Shown in pieces: positions 13,904 through 26,023 of a stretch of 64,000 nucleotides of DNA. Both the position numbers and the translations under genes were made by a program. Source of the stretch: Hydrolagus affinis (taxonomy: Eukaryota); assembly GCA_012026655.1 (NCBI GenBank), contig JAAILG010000135.1, positions 1 through 64,000 of the forward strand, in the 5' to 3' direction. The notes under the pieces were generated by a model that worked only from the letters and a program-made list of their open reading frames with translations, ran no database searches and was not told the origin of the DNA. The stretch's first letter is position 1. Each line of letters opens with the position of its first letter.

Positions 13904-14003
13904 NNNNNNNNNNNNNNNNNNNNNNNNNNNNNNNNNNNNNNNNNNNNNNNNNNNNNNNNNNNNNNNNNNNNNNNNNNNNNNNNNNNNNNNNNNNNNNNNN
14001 NNN
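13904..14003. other. Assembly gap (100 N)
   Basis: Run of 100 N, followed by a poly-C tract and a LINE-type 3' tail. Confidence 0.99.
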
Positions 14004-15044
14004 CCCCCCCCCCCTCCCCGACGTGAAAGGTGCTCTATAAATGTAATTTTGTTGTTGTTGTAGGTGTGTTCACAATGGTTTGCATTGAATATATTCTTTA
14101 ACTTTTATGCACGTCTCACACATCATTTCATTTCCTTTGTTGGATGGCAAATAAGAGGAAACATTACATTAGCTATTTGCATCAATCTACCAGGAACACA
14201 CTTGTTTCCAGTAGTCTGCACATTGTATCTGGAAGTAGTGAATTCAGTAATTTACTCTTCCATTGGAATTGCAATGATAGATTGACTACAAACATGATGT
14301 GAGCTTATAGATGTGTACCTGGTTCCTTAGATAAGACTAGATATGGGATATGGCATGATTTGGATGTTACTGTGACCATTTCTTGTGCTCTTTTAAAGGC
14401 TTCTCGAACTTTCAAATGGCCACCTTATGGGTTGTTGTGTGGCAGCTAATGTTATTTCCTACTCGGATTCTATGTTCAAGAAGTGCTGCTAAAGTTGCTT
14501 TCGGTGCATACAAGTTTTGCGCAAATGTCTTCTCACTGAGGTCCACAGTACTTCGGACATGGAAGTGAAAGGATTGTCATTATTATTGATGGTAAAGCAC
14601 ACATACGCCATGCCATGCATGCACTGTTAAAAGTGGTGTCAGTTGGCAATCCAATGACCTGGAAATTGACCATTTTACAGTCCTTCGCTTATAATGAGGT
14701 CTCAGAGTATTGGACCCAGATGCTGCATCGCACTGAAGTTCCCTATATAATGTACATTCATTTGAGAGGAAACATATAGAAATCAACAGAAATCTGCAGT
14801 ACAGTACAAGTAAATTTATGAGGGCCCGGATTTAACAGAAATGGTGACACATTGCTTCGACAGGTTAGTCTTGTGTTAAAGTCCTCCATGATGTGAAAGG
14901 TGCTATATAAATTTATGTTGCATTGTAAAGCAGTCTAGTATACTTGATCCAACATTGCCAGAATTGGTAAACATAGTACACATGCATTTTGGAGAGTTGT
15001 TTTCATCCTGCATGTGTTTTATATCCCTTTTTTGCTTATTTCAG

Positions 15045-15165
15045 TCAGAACAGTTATCTCCAACGCAGTGTGAGGATCGAACTCCAGGGCGGCTCCAAGC
15101 TATCTGGCCACCTCCCAAACCGAGAGATGAGGAGGGAAAAGTGGGCCTTAAGTACACTGAAGCAG
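15045..15165 (+). CDS. FMN1: Formin-1 first shared exon ([40 protein letters not shown])
   Basis: tttcag| ... g|gtaaga, phase 0 to 1. [14 protein letters not shown]...KVGLKYTEA is characteristic of FMN1. Confidence 0.95.
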
Positions 15166-16094
15166 GTAAGAAAGTTTGGTATAGTAACTCCACGGAATTG
15201 GTGAACAAAGCTGCTGCTCAACCTGTATCAGCTTATTCCCTGTGCTTTCAATCATGCTTCAAATCTTTTGTTTTTAGCACTGCAAACTGTGATAGCCTAG
15301 CCATTGTTACGCCTTCATCATTTGTAAAACACGTTTAATCAGTAAACAGCTATGAGCAATGCGCATGGTAGAGAGATCCAATGGGTAATAGTTCTTTGCA
15401 CTATAAATGGTGAGCAGATATAAAGGGTCTTCAGATGTTGTGTTACTCACTGGCTGCTTTTTAACTAAACAAAATTTTGGTTACTGCTCAGTGCTTGACC
15501 GATGAGGGATTATTTTAGAGGAGTCAATGGCTCATATCTGCATATTGCAACAAAAAAATATGTTTTGTGTAATAGTGGCAAACATAGTCTCCATACTAGA
15601 GTTCAAGCACTCTGAGACGCCATCCGGCGTGGAGGGTGCTGTATAAATATATAAATTGTTGTTGAATGGGACTGGTGACATTACATGTTTGGGTGTGTTC
15701 CTCTTGTGGTTCTGCAGGTTCCTGTTGTTTTGTGAAGAGACGAGATGATTCTGACATTTTGTTCAACCCTCAGCATTCCTTCAATCCTTCCATTCAGCCC
15801 TCGGCTAAATCTATTTCCTTACAACTCTGCAAAACCGGCCTAGCACTGTCCCAACCTCAACCGCAAGCCAGTCTCACTCCCTTCACTCTGCATGTTCTCT
15901 TTCTCCATCCTACCATTGGCAGCCAAACATTTTTGCTCTCTGGAATACTCTCCCAAATTATTCTACCTTGTAACATCTCTCATTGCTTTCCAAACCCCTT
16001 TAGAAACCCAGAGTAAGCTAGCCCCTTGTGCCTTTGTTCAGCGCCCTGCTAAGCTTTCCCATCTTGCACCCCGTTTGGGCTCTTCTCAATCTCT

Positions 16095-16315
16095 GTACAT
16101 TACAGTCATTGGGGCCACAAAATCATCCCACTCAGCTTCCATTAATCCTGCAGGCCAAACCAATAACGGGTTGGGTAGTCCTAGCTGGACTAACAGCGGA
16201 AAACTTCCCAGACAATGATTTCAATGCAAGCTATGCGGTTTTAGCTGGTTAAACTCCAGCCAACACACACCCTGGGGTCCCCAATTCTTGCCAACTTGCA
16301 CCTAAAACATTAACT
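16095..16315 (-). repeat. Unclassified diverged interspersed repeat, copy 2 of 3
   Basis: Reverse complement reads ggggaccccagggtgtgtg...tagtccagctaggactaccc...gaagctgagtgggatg. Confidence 0.7.
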
Positions 16316-17124
16316 ACCTGCTTTTCCAATGAAAATTCACAGACAAAACACAGGCTTAAAACAAGTATGTAAACATAGAAAATGTGAAATTGTAGTACAG
16401 TACTATGTTGGACATATGATTTGCTTATTTGCTTATTTCATAGTTGGTTGTTATTCAGATAATTTTACATTGATGAATATTGCGCTGGAATTGCAATACT
16501 GTACTTTGTTCTCCCCAGAGAAAATTTACTTGGATTCATAGTTACTTTAGAGTGTCTGAATGTAGCCAAATTGAGTACAAGAGTTACATTTGCAAATATC
16601 CATTGAGGTTATACCAAAGATTATGAGGTTTATGCTGTGAAAACTGCAGGCTCTAATAATTTTTGATTAAAATGCATAATACTCCTCAGGTCTTCCAGAG
16701 ATTTCAGCGTCAGTTCACTTTTCAACATCTATATGTTTCAGAAAAAATGATTCCACATTTGGCAGCCTTTTACTGTCTTTCAGATGTTATTAGAATTTAT
16801 TTGACACTGAGATGATGATGTCACATTGCTTGCTGCTGCTGGCAAATGTGGAAAAGGAAACTATAAACATTCAGGATTGTTTTTATCATTAAAGCATTTT
16901 TATTGCTCTTCCTATGCAGAATATTCCCAATCACTAGAACAGTCTGTGACTAAAACTATAACGGTTTACCGAACAAATAGGTTGGATTGAAATAGGCCGT
17001 AAGGATATCTAGAACCAGAACACATATATAAATTAATACTGTATTGTGTGGAAGATGGAGTGGTAAAAATCTCCTGAGACATGATGGGCTTCTTCTCGCT
17101 ATTTTCTATCCATGTAAAAGGAGT

Positions 17125-17430
17125 CTGGGGATCCTGGTACAATTATCTTATCTATTGCACTACACCTCACCATGTCAAAACAGTGTGCCACCATGTCAAA
17201 ACAGTGGGAGACAGCAATAGTCAAACCAAACAGGATGCTGGGCTATGTTGCTAAATCAGTTCAGATGCCCAGATGTCATACTCAAGCTTTTTTAAAAATA
17301 CTCAAGCTATGTAGTGCTCTGGTCAGGCTGCACCTTCGCTACTGTGACATAAAAGGGTTGCCCTGACCTAGGAAGCAACGCAGAGAGCAATAAGGATGAC
17401 CCCAGTGTTGGAGAAATTAGCTATAAGCTC
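17125..17430 (+). mobile_element. CR1-clade LINE ORF2 C-terminal fragment
   Basis: ORF 17172 gives KPNRMLGYVAKS...LCSALVRLHLRYC, like the CR1 KANRMLG...LYxALVRPHLEYC motif. Confidence 0.75.
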
Positions 17431-18629
17431 TTTAGTTACTTTTGGATCTATTAAAAGTGTGAATGTCTTCACTGTGCTAACCTATAAAATACATCTAACT
17501 TAAAAAAAAGACGTTCTGCAATTATTTGCAACATTATCACTTCGCGTAGTGCTGCATAAACCAGTGTAGGGCTCTCAGTGCAACTGGATTTTGTGGAATA
17601 TTGACACATATTAAATACAGATTCCCCAAGGTCATACACTTCTTGAGTTTCTTTCCCTGACTTCGATAACTATTTTAGAGTGTTTATGAAGCACCAAACT
17701 TTAGTACATGCTTCTAACATGTTCTAACATGCTTGACTAAGCTTGTTGTAAAATATGTTAAGGAATAATAATTCTGGCAAATCATTTGCCATTCAGGAAT
17801 GCGCTAAACTTCTTCCCAGCAGTTCTAAACTTCACAACTAACTAGAACACAGTTTGTTTCTGTGAATTTGAGCAGTCCATTTTGTTCTACTTTTCAGTCC
17901 TGTAATCTTCCAGACTTGCAAATGAAAGAACAATTTAGAGCATACAATCTGTGCCTAGCTGTTAATTACTGTATTTCATTCTGTTTTACATGCACTAAAA
18001 TGTTTTAATGTTTTTCTAGTTGTAAATGATTGAACTGTAGTCAATAATAATGTACTGTTTAGTGAAAGGAGATTGCTGTTATACAGCGTCAGTTAGTGTA
18101 ATACATACCATTCAGAACCAAATGTCAGATACTGCCAATTGGATTTCTGCTAACTGTTCTTAAATAGACACAGTAATCTGATATTGGCTAACAGAACAAA
18201 GCTAATGTTAGAACCTAGTTGCTGGATTTTATATCCCCAGTGTTCTTTGGGACCTATTGATGAAGTGATTGTTTTTAGAAAAAATACATGTTTGTGAAAA
18301 ATTAAACATTCTTTATAAGTATTTTTCCTCTGATGGCTCTTGTCCTATCAATACCCCCAAATCATTCAGTGGTAGAAAATACATGCAGACAACCTTCTGT
18401 TAGGGTTGTGTCTGTGATATTTATAAACAACCACTAGGAGGTGCATGATAGCATCTTCTATTGAGAATGTACCTACTTGCTTTCTCTCTCATTTTGAGCA
18501 ACACGTCATCGCTTGAGTATTTTCAGTTGCTCCTACCTGTTGTAACAGACCAATAATTGTTCCTACATACAAAATCCTTACTTACTCTGTGATATGGCGT
18601 CTGTGCTGAAATATTATTTGCACATGATA

Positions 18630-19030
18630 TCACTTGCATTTCCTATTGTACCTTGTCATGTAAAAAGTCTGAAAGCATTTCATAAGAGTTACATTGTTCA
18701 GCATTGTGATTTTCTTGAGCAAATAATCTCATCAGGTAATCTGCTCCAGTAATATTCCACAAACAGCAATGGGAATGGATACCAAATTAATTTGGGGGGG
18801 ATAAATTAGGAGGATGGGGGAATTTTGTCAAGGACACTAGGAAACCAGGCACGACCTAAGTCTAAACACTCATCTGTACATCTGACAATGCCTCATCCCT
18901 CAGCTCTTAGAAGTGTACTGGAATTAATTCAGATCAGGAACTCAAATCTCAGCGTGGGTCTCAACTGAATTGAACTCGTACCACAACCTTCTGTTGCAGA
19001 AGCAAGAATGCTGCCAGCTACATCTGGTAA
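18630..19030 (-). mobile_element. Degraded Deu-domain SINE (SacSINE1/AmnSINE1-like)
   Basis: Reverse strand shows a tRNA-like head, an attgtcagatg...gatgagtgtttagac block and a tttgtggaatatt...aatgcaagt tail. Confidence 0.55.
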
Positions 19031-19599
19031 GGTGCTCGGTTTAGTTGGTTACATTCCAACAAAGGGAAGCGGATTGTATCCTTTCATAAAGAGCAATTCC
19101 TGACTTCAGAACTGGCAAATGTCTGTGAGTTCTCAATCGTCGAACTTGGTAACTTATGAAAAGGCTTCGCATATGTCTGAACACCCAACTGACCCTGAAA
19201 AAAGCAGTAAAACTAGATACTACCAAGAACTTATACGAACAATAAATCAAGTGCAGAAGGATTTCTTTGGTATCTGGTATTCCTACCATGTACAATGGAA
19301 GCATCTTTTTAAGTTTTAACTTCTGTTTTTGAGATATCTTCTTAAAGTATTAGTAGAGTACTTTGTTCTTTGAGCAGCTCCGTTCTAACTTAATCGCATA
19401 ACAAATAAAAACAATCTGAATGTTACAACTTTGCTAAATATCTTCATTTTATGAGAAGTGTGGGATGAATTTCCAGTTGGTTTTATACACACGATGTGAG
19501 GTTATCAATGGGTTAATTCCCATCAGCGGCTGACATCGCCAATACAGTAATGTGTAACGATGACTGGGATTTCAGTCCAAATTCAGGAGTGGGAGGTAC

Positions 19600-19901
19600 T
19601 TTCAGAATGTCTTTGGGATGACCCTTTGACTCCGTCTTTTATATGTTCTATGTTAAAACCTGAAACCTCAAATCAACTCCAACTCACCCATAAAATGGAG
19701 TCACTATTTCTACTGGATAAATGACCCAGCAGCGAAATCCCTGGATGATTTCTACTCAAACTCAGGCACAGTGAAGCCAACTGAAGCTCCCAAAACAGTG
19801 CACCAGCTGAGGTTGGCTAACTCAGTGCAGACCAGGAATCAAATCTGGGACCTGTATGACTTAGTACCACACCATGGGGTGCATTTAAGGAATGGGCCAT
19901 T
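19600..19901 (-). mobile_element. LF-SINE-like element
   Basis: Reverse complement atggcccattccttaaatgcaccccatggtgtggtactaagtcatacaggtcccagatttgattcctggtctgcactgagttagccaacctcagc closely follows the recalled LF-SINE consensus head (TAAATGCACTGCATGGTGTGGTACTGAGCCATACAG...GGTCCCAGGTTTGATCCCTGGTCTGTGCTGAGTTAGCTGATCTCAGC). Confidence 0.75.
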
Positions 19902-21659
19902 AATCACATCCCAGTCAAGTTTCATCAACTGTAACATCAATGAGATGATGTAACTTGAACCAGATGTTGCAGTCTACAATGCCAATCAGACCTTTTAGTG
20001 TGTAACGCCAAAGTAGAACTTGGCAGTCTGTAACATCTGCTAAAATTTATCTTAACTGCCAAACTGGCTTAACAACTGAAGGAGTAAACTGAAAAAAACA
20101 AGGTCTTTAGCAACCTGGCACTTTATTACATACCACCACAGTAGCAAGTACAACATGTAGTGGTACCTTGATCATCTGTGTCCCAATTATTTGTCCTCCC
20201 AATTATCCACCAATATTTCTAGATGAGAGACGCAGTGGCATGGCTGGAACAGTCTTTTGGTGTGGGTGGGATGAAGTTCCGACGTACTTAGAAGAAGGAC
20301 AAACATTAGTAATTTGCTGGATGGCTGCTTATATTGCAAATTCCTCAGGTATTTCTTGAGAGTTAATTAGTCAAAAATGTCACGAGCTGTCTCAGACACT
20401 TCTGTGCAGTTGTGAGTCTAATTACGTCTGGTTTGGGGAACAAAGGTAATTGCTGAATTCAGTTGTTGTCGAAAATAACAGCTGGAACTTGCAAACAAAT
20501 GAACATAAATATCTCTGCCTCTTACTGTGTGGAGGGACTTAAAAGTAATTTATAACATAATAAAGGTACTGTGGGTGGGAAAAGGCAAGAAGCCGGGCTG
20601 AGGTACTTGAAATCAATATGCAGTGGAACCAAGCACTGTAATAATACTTATCACATAAAATCTAATGTTGGATGAAGAAAGAAATGAATATTTTATTTTA
20701 AATAAATAGTCTACAGTGGCAAATCTGACCCCACAGATGACCCTTGTCTACTGTACTTTCAGACCTCTATGATCTTGTATCTAGTAAATCCTTTCAGACC
20801 TTTGATAACCCAAGTAACTCAATCATCTTGACTTGACGTTTTGAAGAAGCATAACACCCATTCATTAAAACAGGTCATCTGTGCTTCCGTTTAGATATAA
20901 ATTGCTGCTGAAACACTATTTATGTAACAGTAGTTCCAGGGAATTTCTGACCTTCTATTTATTAAGTACTGTAGCCATAATCTTTAAAAATTAAGTATAG
21001 GGAACATGTTTTATCTCTTTCAATGTCAGGAGTTTTTCATCTTTGCGAAAAGCTGTTCCAAAATCTCCAGTGTGCTGAGCCCCTCACCTTATCAAGGCTG
21101 TTGCTAGGAAGACCTCTTAAATGCAATTTGCTCTGGCGTGCGGAGGGACTTTAGTACAGCTTACTTTTATCACTGTTGAGATAAGGTCTGAGATTTGTGG
21201 TCTTTACTGTTCAACTTGGGGGAAATAGCTTATCGATCTCAAATTGCAAAAAGATATTTCAGCTGTCTCCTGGATGTGGTGACTTCCATCCTTTTTGTTT
21301 CCGGTTTCAATTTAAACTGAAGCTGGTGTTGATAGTTCCATTGGAAAAATATACTGATGCAACTGATAGCCTGACAAAATCCAAAGCACGCAAATAGAAA
21401 ATATTTTTTTCAAAAAAGGCTGAAGGGATTAACAGGATTAACTGAAAGGCTAAAAGACACTATGGTAATAATTAATCAGTAATTGGTGTAAATCGTAGAA
21501 GTGTTAAGAACTTGGTGGTACAAAGGGAAATAAGAATTTGGTTCATTTGCATGCTTCCAAGGCAACCACAAAACTGCAACTGTATCTGCCAATTACCTTT
21601 ATGTAGGTCATCAATGAAGGCTTTCTTGCCCAGGTGCACACTGTGTTCCAAGAGCATAG

Positions 21660-21880
21660 GCATCTGAATTTTTAGTATCCTTCTTCTGTCACAGTTGTCT
21701 ACACTTCTATTTATTTACCAAGAGGGTAAATAATGAATGGAACAGGTTGCCAGGAAGGGTGCTTGATGCCAGGATGCTGGAGTCATTTTTAAAAAACAGG
21801 TTGATACTGTGATGGTAGGCTAAGCATTCTGATAAAATGGACTGAAGGGCTTGATCCAAACCCACCTTGTAATCTGCTGA
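21660..21880 (+). mobile_element. CR1-clade LINE 3' fragment
   Basis: cttctatttatttaccaagagggtaaataatgaatggaacaggttgcc...aatggactgaagggc is typical CR1 3' end sequence. Confidence 0.6.
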
Positions 21881-21943
21881 AACTTAATCTTTTGGCCCAA
21901 AACCTCTATAACAACAATGAGTGATTGAGTTACTGCTCTTATT

Positions 21944-22298
21944 GGGGTCCTGCGGCTCAGTGGTTAGAGAACTTGCCTTGCAAGTGAGAGACTTGGGTTT
22001 GATTCCAGTCAGGATGAAACGTTGGGCAAGTTTCCTTACTCCACATGCCACTATAAATAAGAACCCAGTTGTTAGTTGATTGGTGAATTGCTTTTCTGAG
22101 GGGTACCAATTCCTTTTTTAAAAAATTGGTCACTTCAATCCACAACTATTTGTGGGACATTGCTGTGTGCAATTGGCTGCTGCATTTCGCCCACAAAATT
22201 TACACTGAATTCACTTTTACATCATATTCTGTGAAGCACTTTGAGACATCTTGAAGACATGATCAAGCGCTATATCAATTGCAAGGATTATTATTATT
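21944..22298 (+). mobile_element. Full-length tRNA-derived SINE
   Basis: ggggtcctgcggctcagtggttagag head, shared body and gcgctatatcaattgcaaggattattattatt tail. Confidence 0.9.
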
Positions 22299-22429
22299 TA
22301 TGGCCTGCAGAATAGGTTATGTTGCCGATGCTATTGATGTCAACATTATCCTGACAGACATACCATTGTTCCATTTCTTTTGTCATGTGGGATGCAGCAT
22401 GGCATCTATGGATGTACACCGTTTTATTT

Positions 22430-22640
22430 TTACAATTCTGTAGGCTTTTATCTATCCAGTGGACTTAAAACATTTTTATGCAAGTTTCACAATCTCATTA
22501 CCTTCCATACATTTCTAATCAATTCTTATGCTTGCCTCCCCTGGTTATGAACTTGCCCACATGTGAAAACCAGCCTATTTATGCTAACCTTAGCAAACCC
22601 TTTTATCATTTTAAATACCTCTATTGGGACTCCTCTTAAA
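22430..22640 (-). mobile_element. CR1-clade LINE 3' fragment
   Basis: cccttttatcattttaaatacctctattgggactcctcttaa is the reverse of the CR1 LRGxLIEVFKMIKG motif. Confidence 0.6.
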
Positions 22641-22840
22641 ACAACCCAAAACATGCAAATATTATTATTTGATCTTGTTATTTAAATGCCTGTGTTATTT
22701 AATAAACTGTTCTTAAAAGTTCAAGTGAGGGGATAAGTTTACCTACAAAATACAGTTGTTACACTTTACAGTACATTCCTGTAAAACACTTAGACACGCG
22801 TTTCTGACGTGAAAAGTGCAATATCAAATGAAAAGATTAT

Positions 22841-22985
22841 AAGAACATAAGAAATAAGAGCAGGGTTGGGATATTTGGCCGCTCGAACCTGCCCTGCCAT
22901 TTAATAAGATCATGGCTGATTTTCTAACCTAATTTCATTTACCAGTCCTATCGCCATATCCCTTCATACCTCTATCGTTTAGAAA
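22841..22985 (-). mobile_element. CR1-type LINE 3' terminus
   Basis: agaacataagaaataagagcagg...tcgaacctgccctgccatttaataagatcatggctgat. A related shorter copy lies at 59810-59890. Confidence 0.7.
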
Positions 22986-24115
22986 TTCTCATTATTATAA
23001 GTTCTCTTTCCTTTTATTTTCACATTTTGCTTTAATAGAAAATAGGAATTAGCAATCTATTGCAATCGTATTAAACTAACATATTTGTGTGCTGATTAAT
23101 ATTCACTGGTTTGACCACAGATTTAGTGCTTGGATTCAAGGTTGATATAAGTTGTAGGAAGAAAAAAGATGTCACCTTTGGCATCTGAATTATTCATTGT
23201 CAAACAAGACAAGTGGAAGTGAGAAAGTTCCCAAATGTGTCATTTTTACAAAGAAAATATTGGCTTCAGTCATTAACTTTACTTGATGCTTGTGATTTTG
23301 AAATCCTTAGAATGACTGAGCCATTACCAAGCATGCAAGAACAAACATTGTTTTGAGAGTGCTACACACTACTCTATAAGATTGTTAAACTGAGCCACCA
23401 ATTATTTTTAAAGGCCAATATTATTTTTACATTTGAATTTAATGGTGCCTACAGGAACTGGTTTTGAGAATTTTCAGTGAGCATCGAATAAATAAATATT
23501 GTAACGGACTTTGCATTATCACTGAGAAAATTGTGTGAAATGTGCCTTTATGCTTTGCCTATGAAAGAAAGATACACATGGCTTGAGCACTTACAATGCA
23601 AAGTAATCCTATTATTGCTGCATTTACGCCCTAGTTTTGCTGGTGGTGCAAGTTAATGAACAAAAAGCCAGTAGTTGCTATTGCAGGCATCAGCCTCATA
23701 GTGGTGTTTATCAGTATGAAAAGGTTCAAGCACAGTGCACTTTGTGTTGAAATCTAGCCCATAAGATGATAAACAAAACAACTATAAGAGTTTTATTTCG
23801 CAATCGAGTAAGCAGCCTTTTGTTCTTTTGCATTTAATCTTTTATTGAGAGCTGCTTGGTTCAAATGTGTCTGGAATGTGATCTGCTGCAGAGCAAAATT
23901 TGGGGGATACAAGTTATAATAGCCTTTAAAACTACACATAGTAAAATAAGCAACACCAGTTTGTGCATGTAATGTTACAATTCTGATATTTATCAATGAT
24001 TTAGAATAATACTTTATCAATAAAATTAAGATTTACATATGTGAAATCGCTTCAAAGACAGAATGAAGATCTAAAGAAGTCATTGCCAACCACGGAAAAT
24101 TAATGCTAGGTTCCA

Positions 24116-24128
24116 TCAGTAGAGGGCA
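24116..24128 (+). promoter_or_regulatory. Candidate CTCF site
   Basis: tCAGTAGAGGGCA matches CCASYAGRKGGCR at 12 of 13 positions. Upstream tgctaggttcc resembles the CTCF upstream module. Confidence 0.4.
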
Positions 24129-24434
24129 ATAACATTCAATTTTGGGATATCAGCGCCCAGTTCTGAAGCAACATTTTAACAGACCCTGAAAGGTTTGCAG
24201 AAAGGATCAAGCCGGACATTTTCGGAAGGGACTGTATTCCACTAAAGATGTATTGCAATAAGTAAAAACAATTCCAGAAAACATCATTCTGTTTTCTATA
24301 ACTGCTCATCTTTTCATTTGTATATCAGGCGATCAGCATTTTATTCTGAATTTTCCACACATCATCATCAGAATAATAATAACGGTTACATTTGGTATAG
24401 CACTGTTCACATCGGGGGGATGTTGCGAAGCACT

Positions 24435-25610
24435 TCACACGATATACTCTAAAGTGTAGTGTCTGTGTACTTGTGAACCAGCTTGTGGTCGAATAGCTTA
24501 TGGGCAATATGCAATGGGTGAGATAAAAAAAATTGGGTTGTATGAAAAATATTGCAATATAACGCCACCCCTTTCACATGGTTCAAATGTAAGGATTTTG
24601 TTTTCAATTATTAATTATCCCTCGGGATTATTTTCTTCCTGTGCAATGTATCCCAACTGAAATGTTGGATGAGTGTTCAAGTTGTTACCAGGCCTGTTCT
24701 GTAAATTGTTGCTCACACACAAACTCACAAACTCACAAGCAATTGTACAGTACTTTGGTTTTAGGTGGGTGCTGTGGGGGAGGGGGTTAAGTGTGGGGGA
24801 GTCTGGCAGTTAAGATTGTAAACTCGCTGCGGGGATTTGTAGGCACAAATCCATACTTTACCATTATGTGGCACAGTGTGTTTCTTTAGCAATGCATTGT
24901 ATCACTGAATTACTCATTACATATATTAGCTGTGACCTTTTGTTCTGTTCTGCTCCTAATGGCAGCCATGTCTGATTTGATAGTTCGATGAAAATTTTAT
25001 ATTTTGGCACTGTTCAAATATATCACAGGATATACTGTAAAGTGTAGTGTCTGAGTGTTTATGGGCCAACATGTGGCTGAATACTTTGTGGGCAATATGT
25101 GCATTGGTGTGTTTGTGTGTGATGGAAGATGCGTGTGTGTGTGTGTGTGTGTGTGTGGGCGATTTAACTCAGTGTAACTCATTGCCTGTTCCCATGGTTT
25201 AATTGTAAGTATTAGCTTAAAATAATGTACGCCGACTGAAATATTGGATGATCTCCTACTTGGTCCCCAGCCTCTTAGCAATTCTGCTCTATAAAGTGTT
25301 TAAAGTTGATGACAAACAACTGTGCCTTGGTTTTAGGTGTGTGTTGGTGGGAGGTGGAATGGACAGGGGAGGTGGGCTGGGAGAGAGGAAAGAATGCTGC
25401 CAACCCTTGAGTTCATGGATAAGATTATAAACTCGCTGTGCGGGAATTTGTCGACACAACCCATTCTGTGGCACAGAATGTTTCTTTACCAATGCAATCT
25501 ATCAATTACATACAGTATATTAATTTTGACCTTTTGCTCTGTTCTTCATGGCAACCATGTCTGATTTGATAATTGATGAAAAATTCATATTTTGGTACAG
25601 TTCAAAACAT
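24435..25610. repeat. Diverged tandem duplication, two ~590-bp units
   Basis: Collinear paired blocks: gatatact(c/g)taaagtgtagtgtctg (24441/25029), actgaaat(g/a)ttggatga (24656/25235), ttggttttaggtg (24755/25327), taagatt(g/a)taaactcgctg (24811/25420), ccatgtctgatttgata (24966/25555). Confidence 0.9.
25133..25157. repeat. (GT)n microsatellite
   Basis: Directly visible GT run of about 12 units. Confidence 0.9.
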
Positions 25611-25834
25611 AAATCACTGAATGCTGATTTGTTTTTAATATGACCAAATCACTATAATGTTTGAGAAAGCAGAATTGCATTTACAAGTTTTATAAGTGGG
25701 ATAAAAGCCACATGCAACATTTATTATATGTGTCAAAATTACATCTTGTACAACGTGAAGCTGATAATGTATTTTAACACAATTTACAAAAAGTGTGACC
25801 CTTTAAAAGTAACATAGAAATTTCTCAATTTGAA

Positions 25835-25858
25835 ATCAATCAATCAATCAATCAATCA
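25835..25858. repeat. (ATCA)n microsatellite at a reverse-strand LINE-type tail
   Basis: Six atca units followed by cttacatttatacagcgcctttcatg. Confidence 0.85.
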
Positions 25859-26023
25859 AAACTTACATTTATACAGCGCCTTTCATGTCGAGAGGAATGC
25901 TACATTTATTCAAGATGAATACTCTTAACAATTCTAGATACCTTCTATATTTCATTCAGTGTATTGTGTTCAGCATTCACTGAACAGAAGTCAACTAATG
26001 TATTGTTTCTTAAATTAATACAG

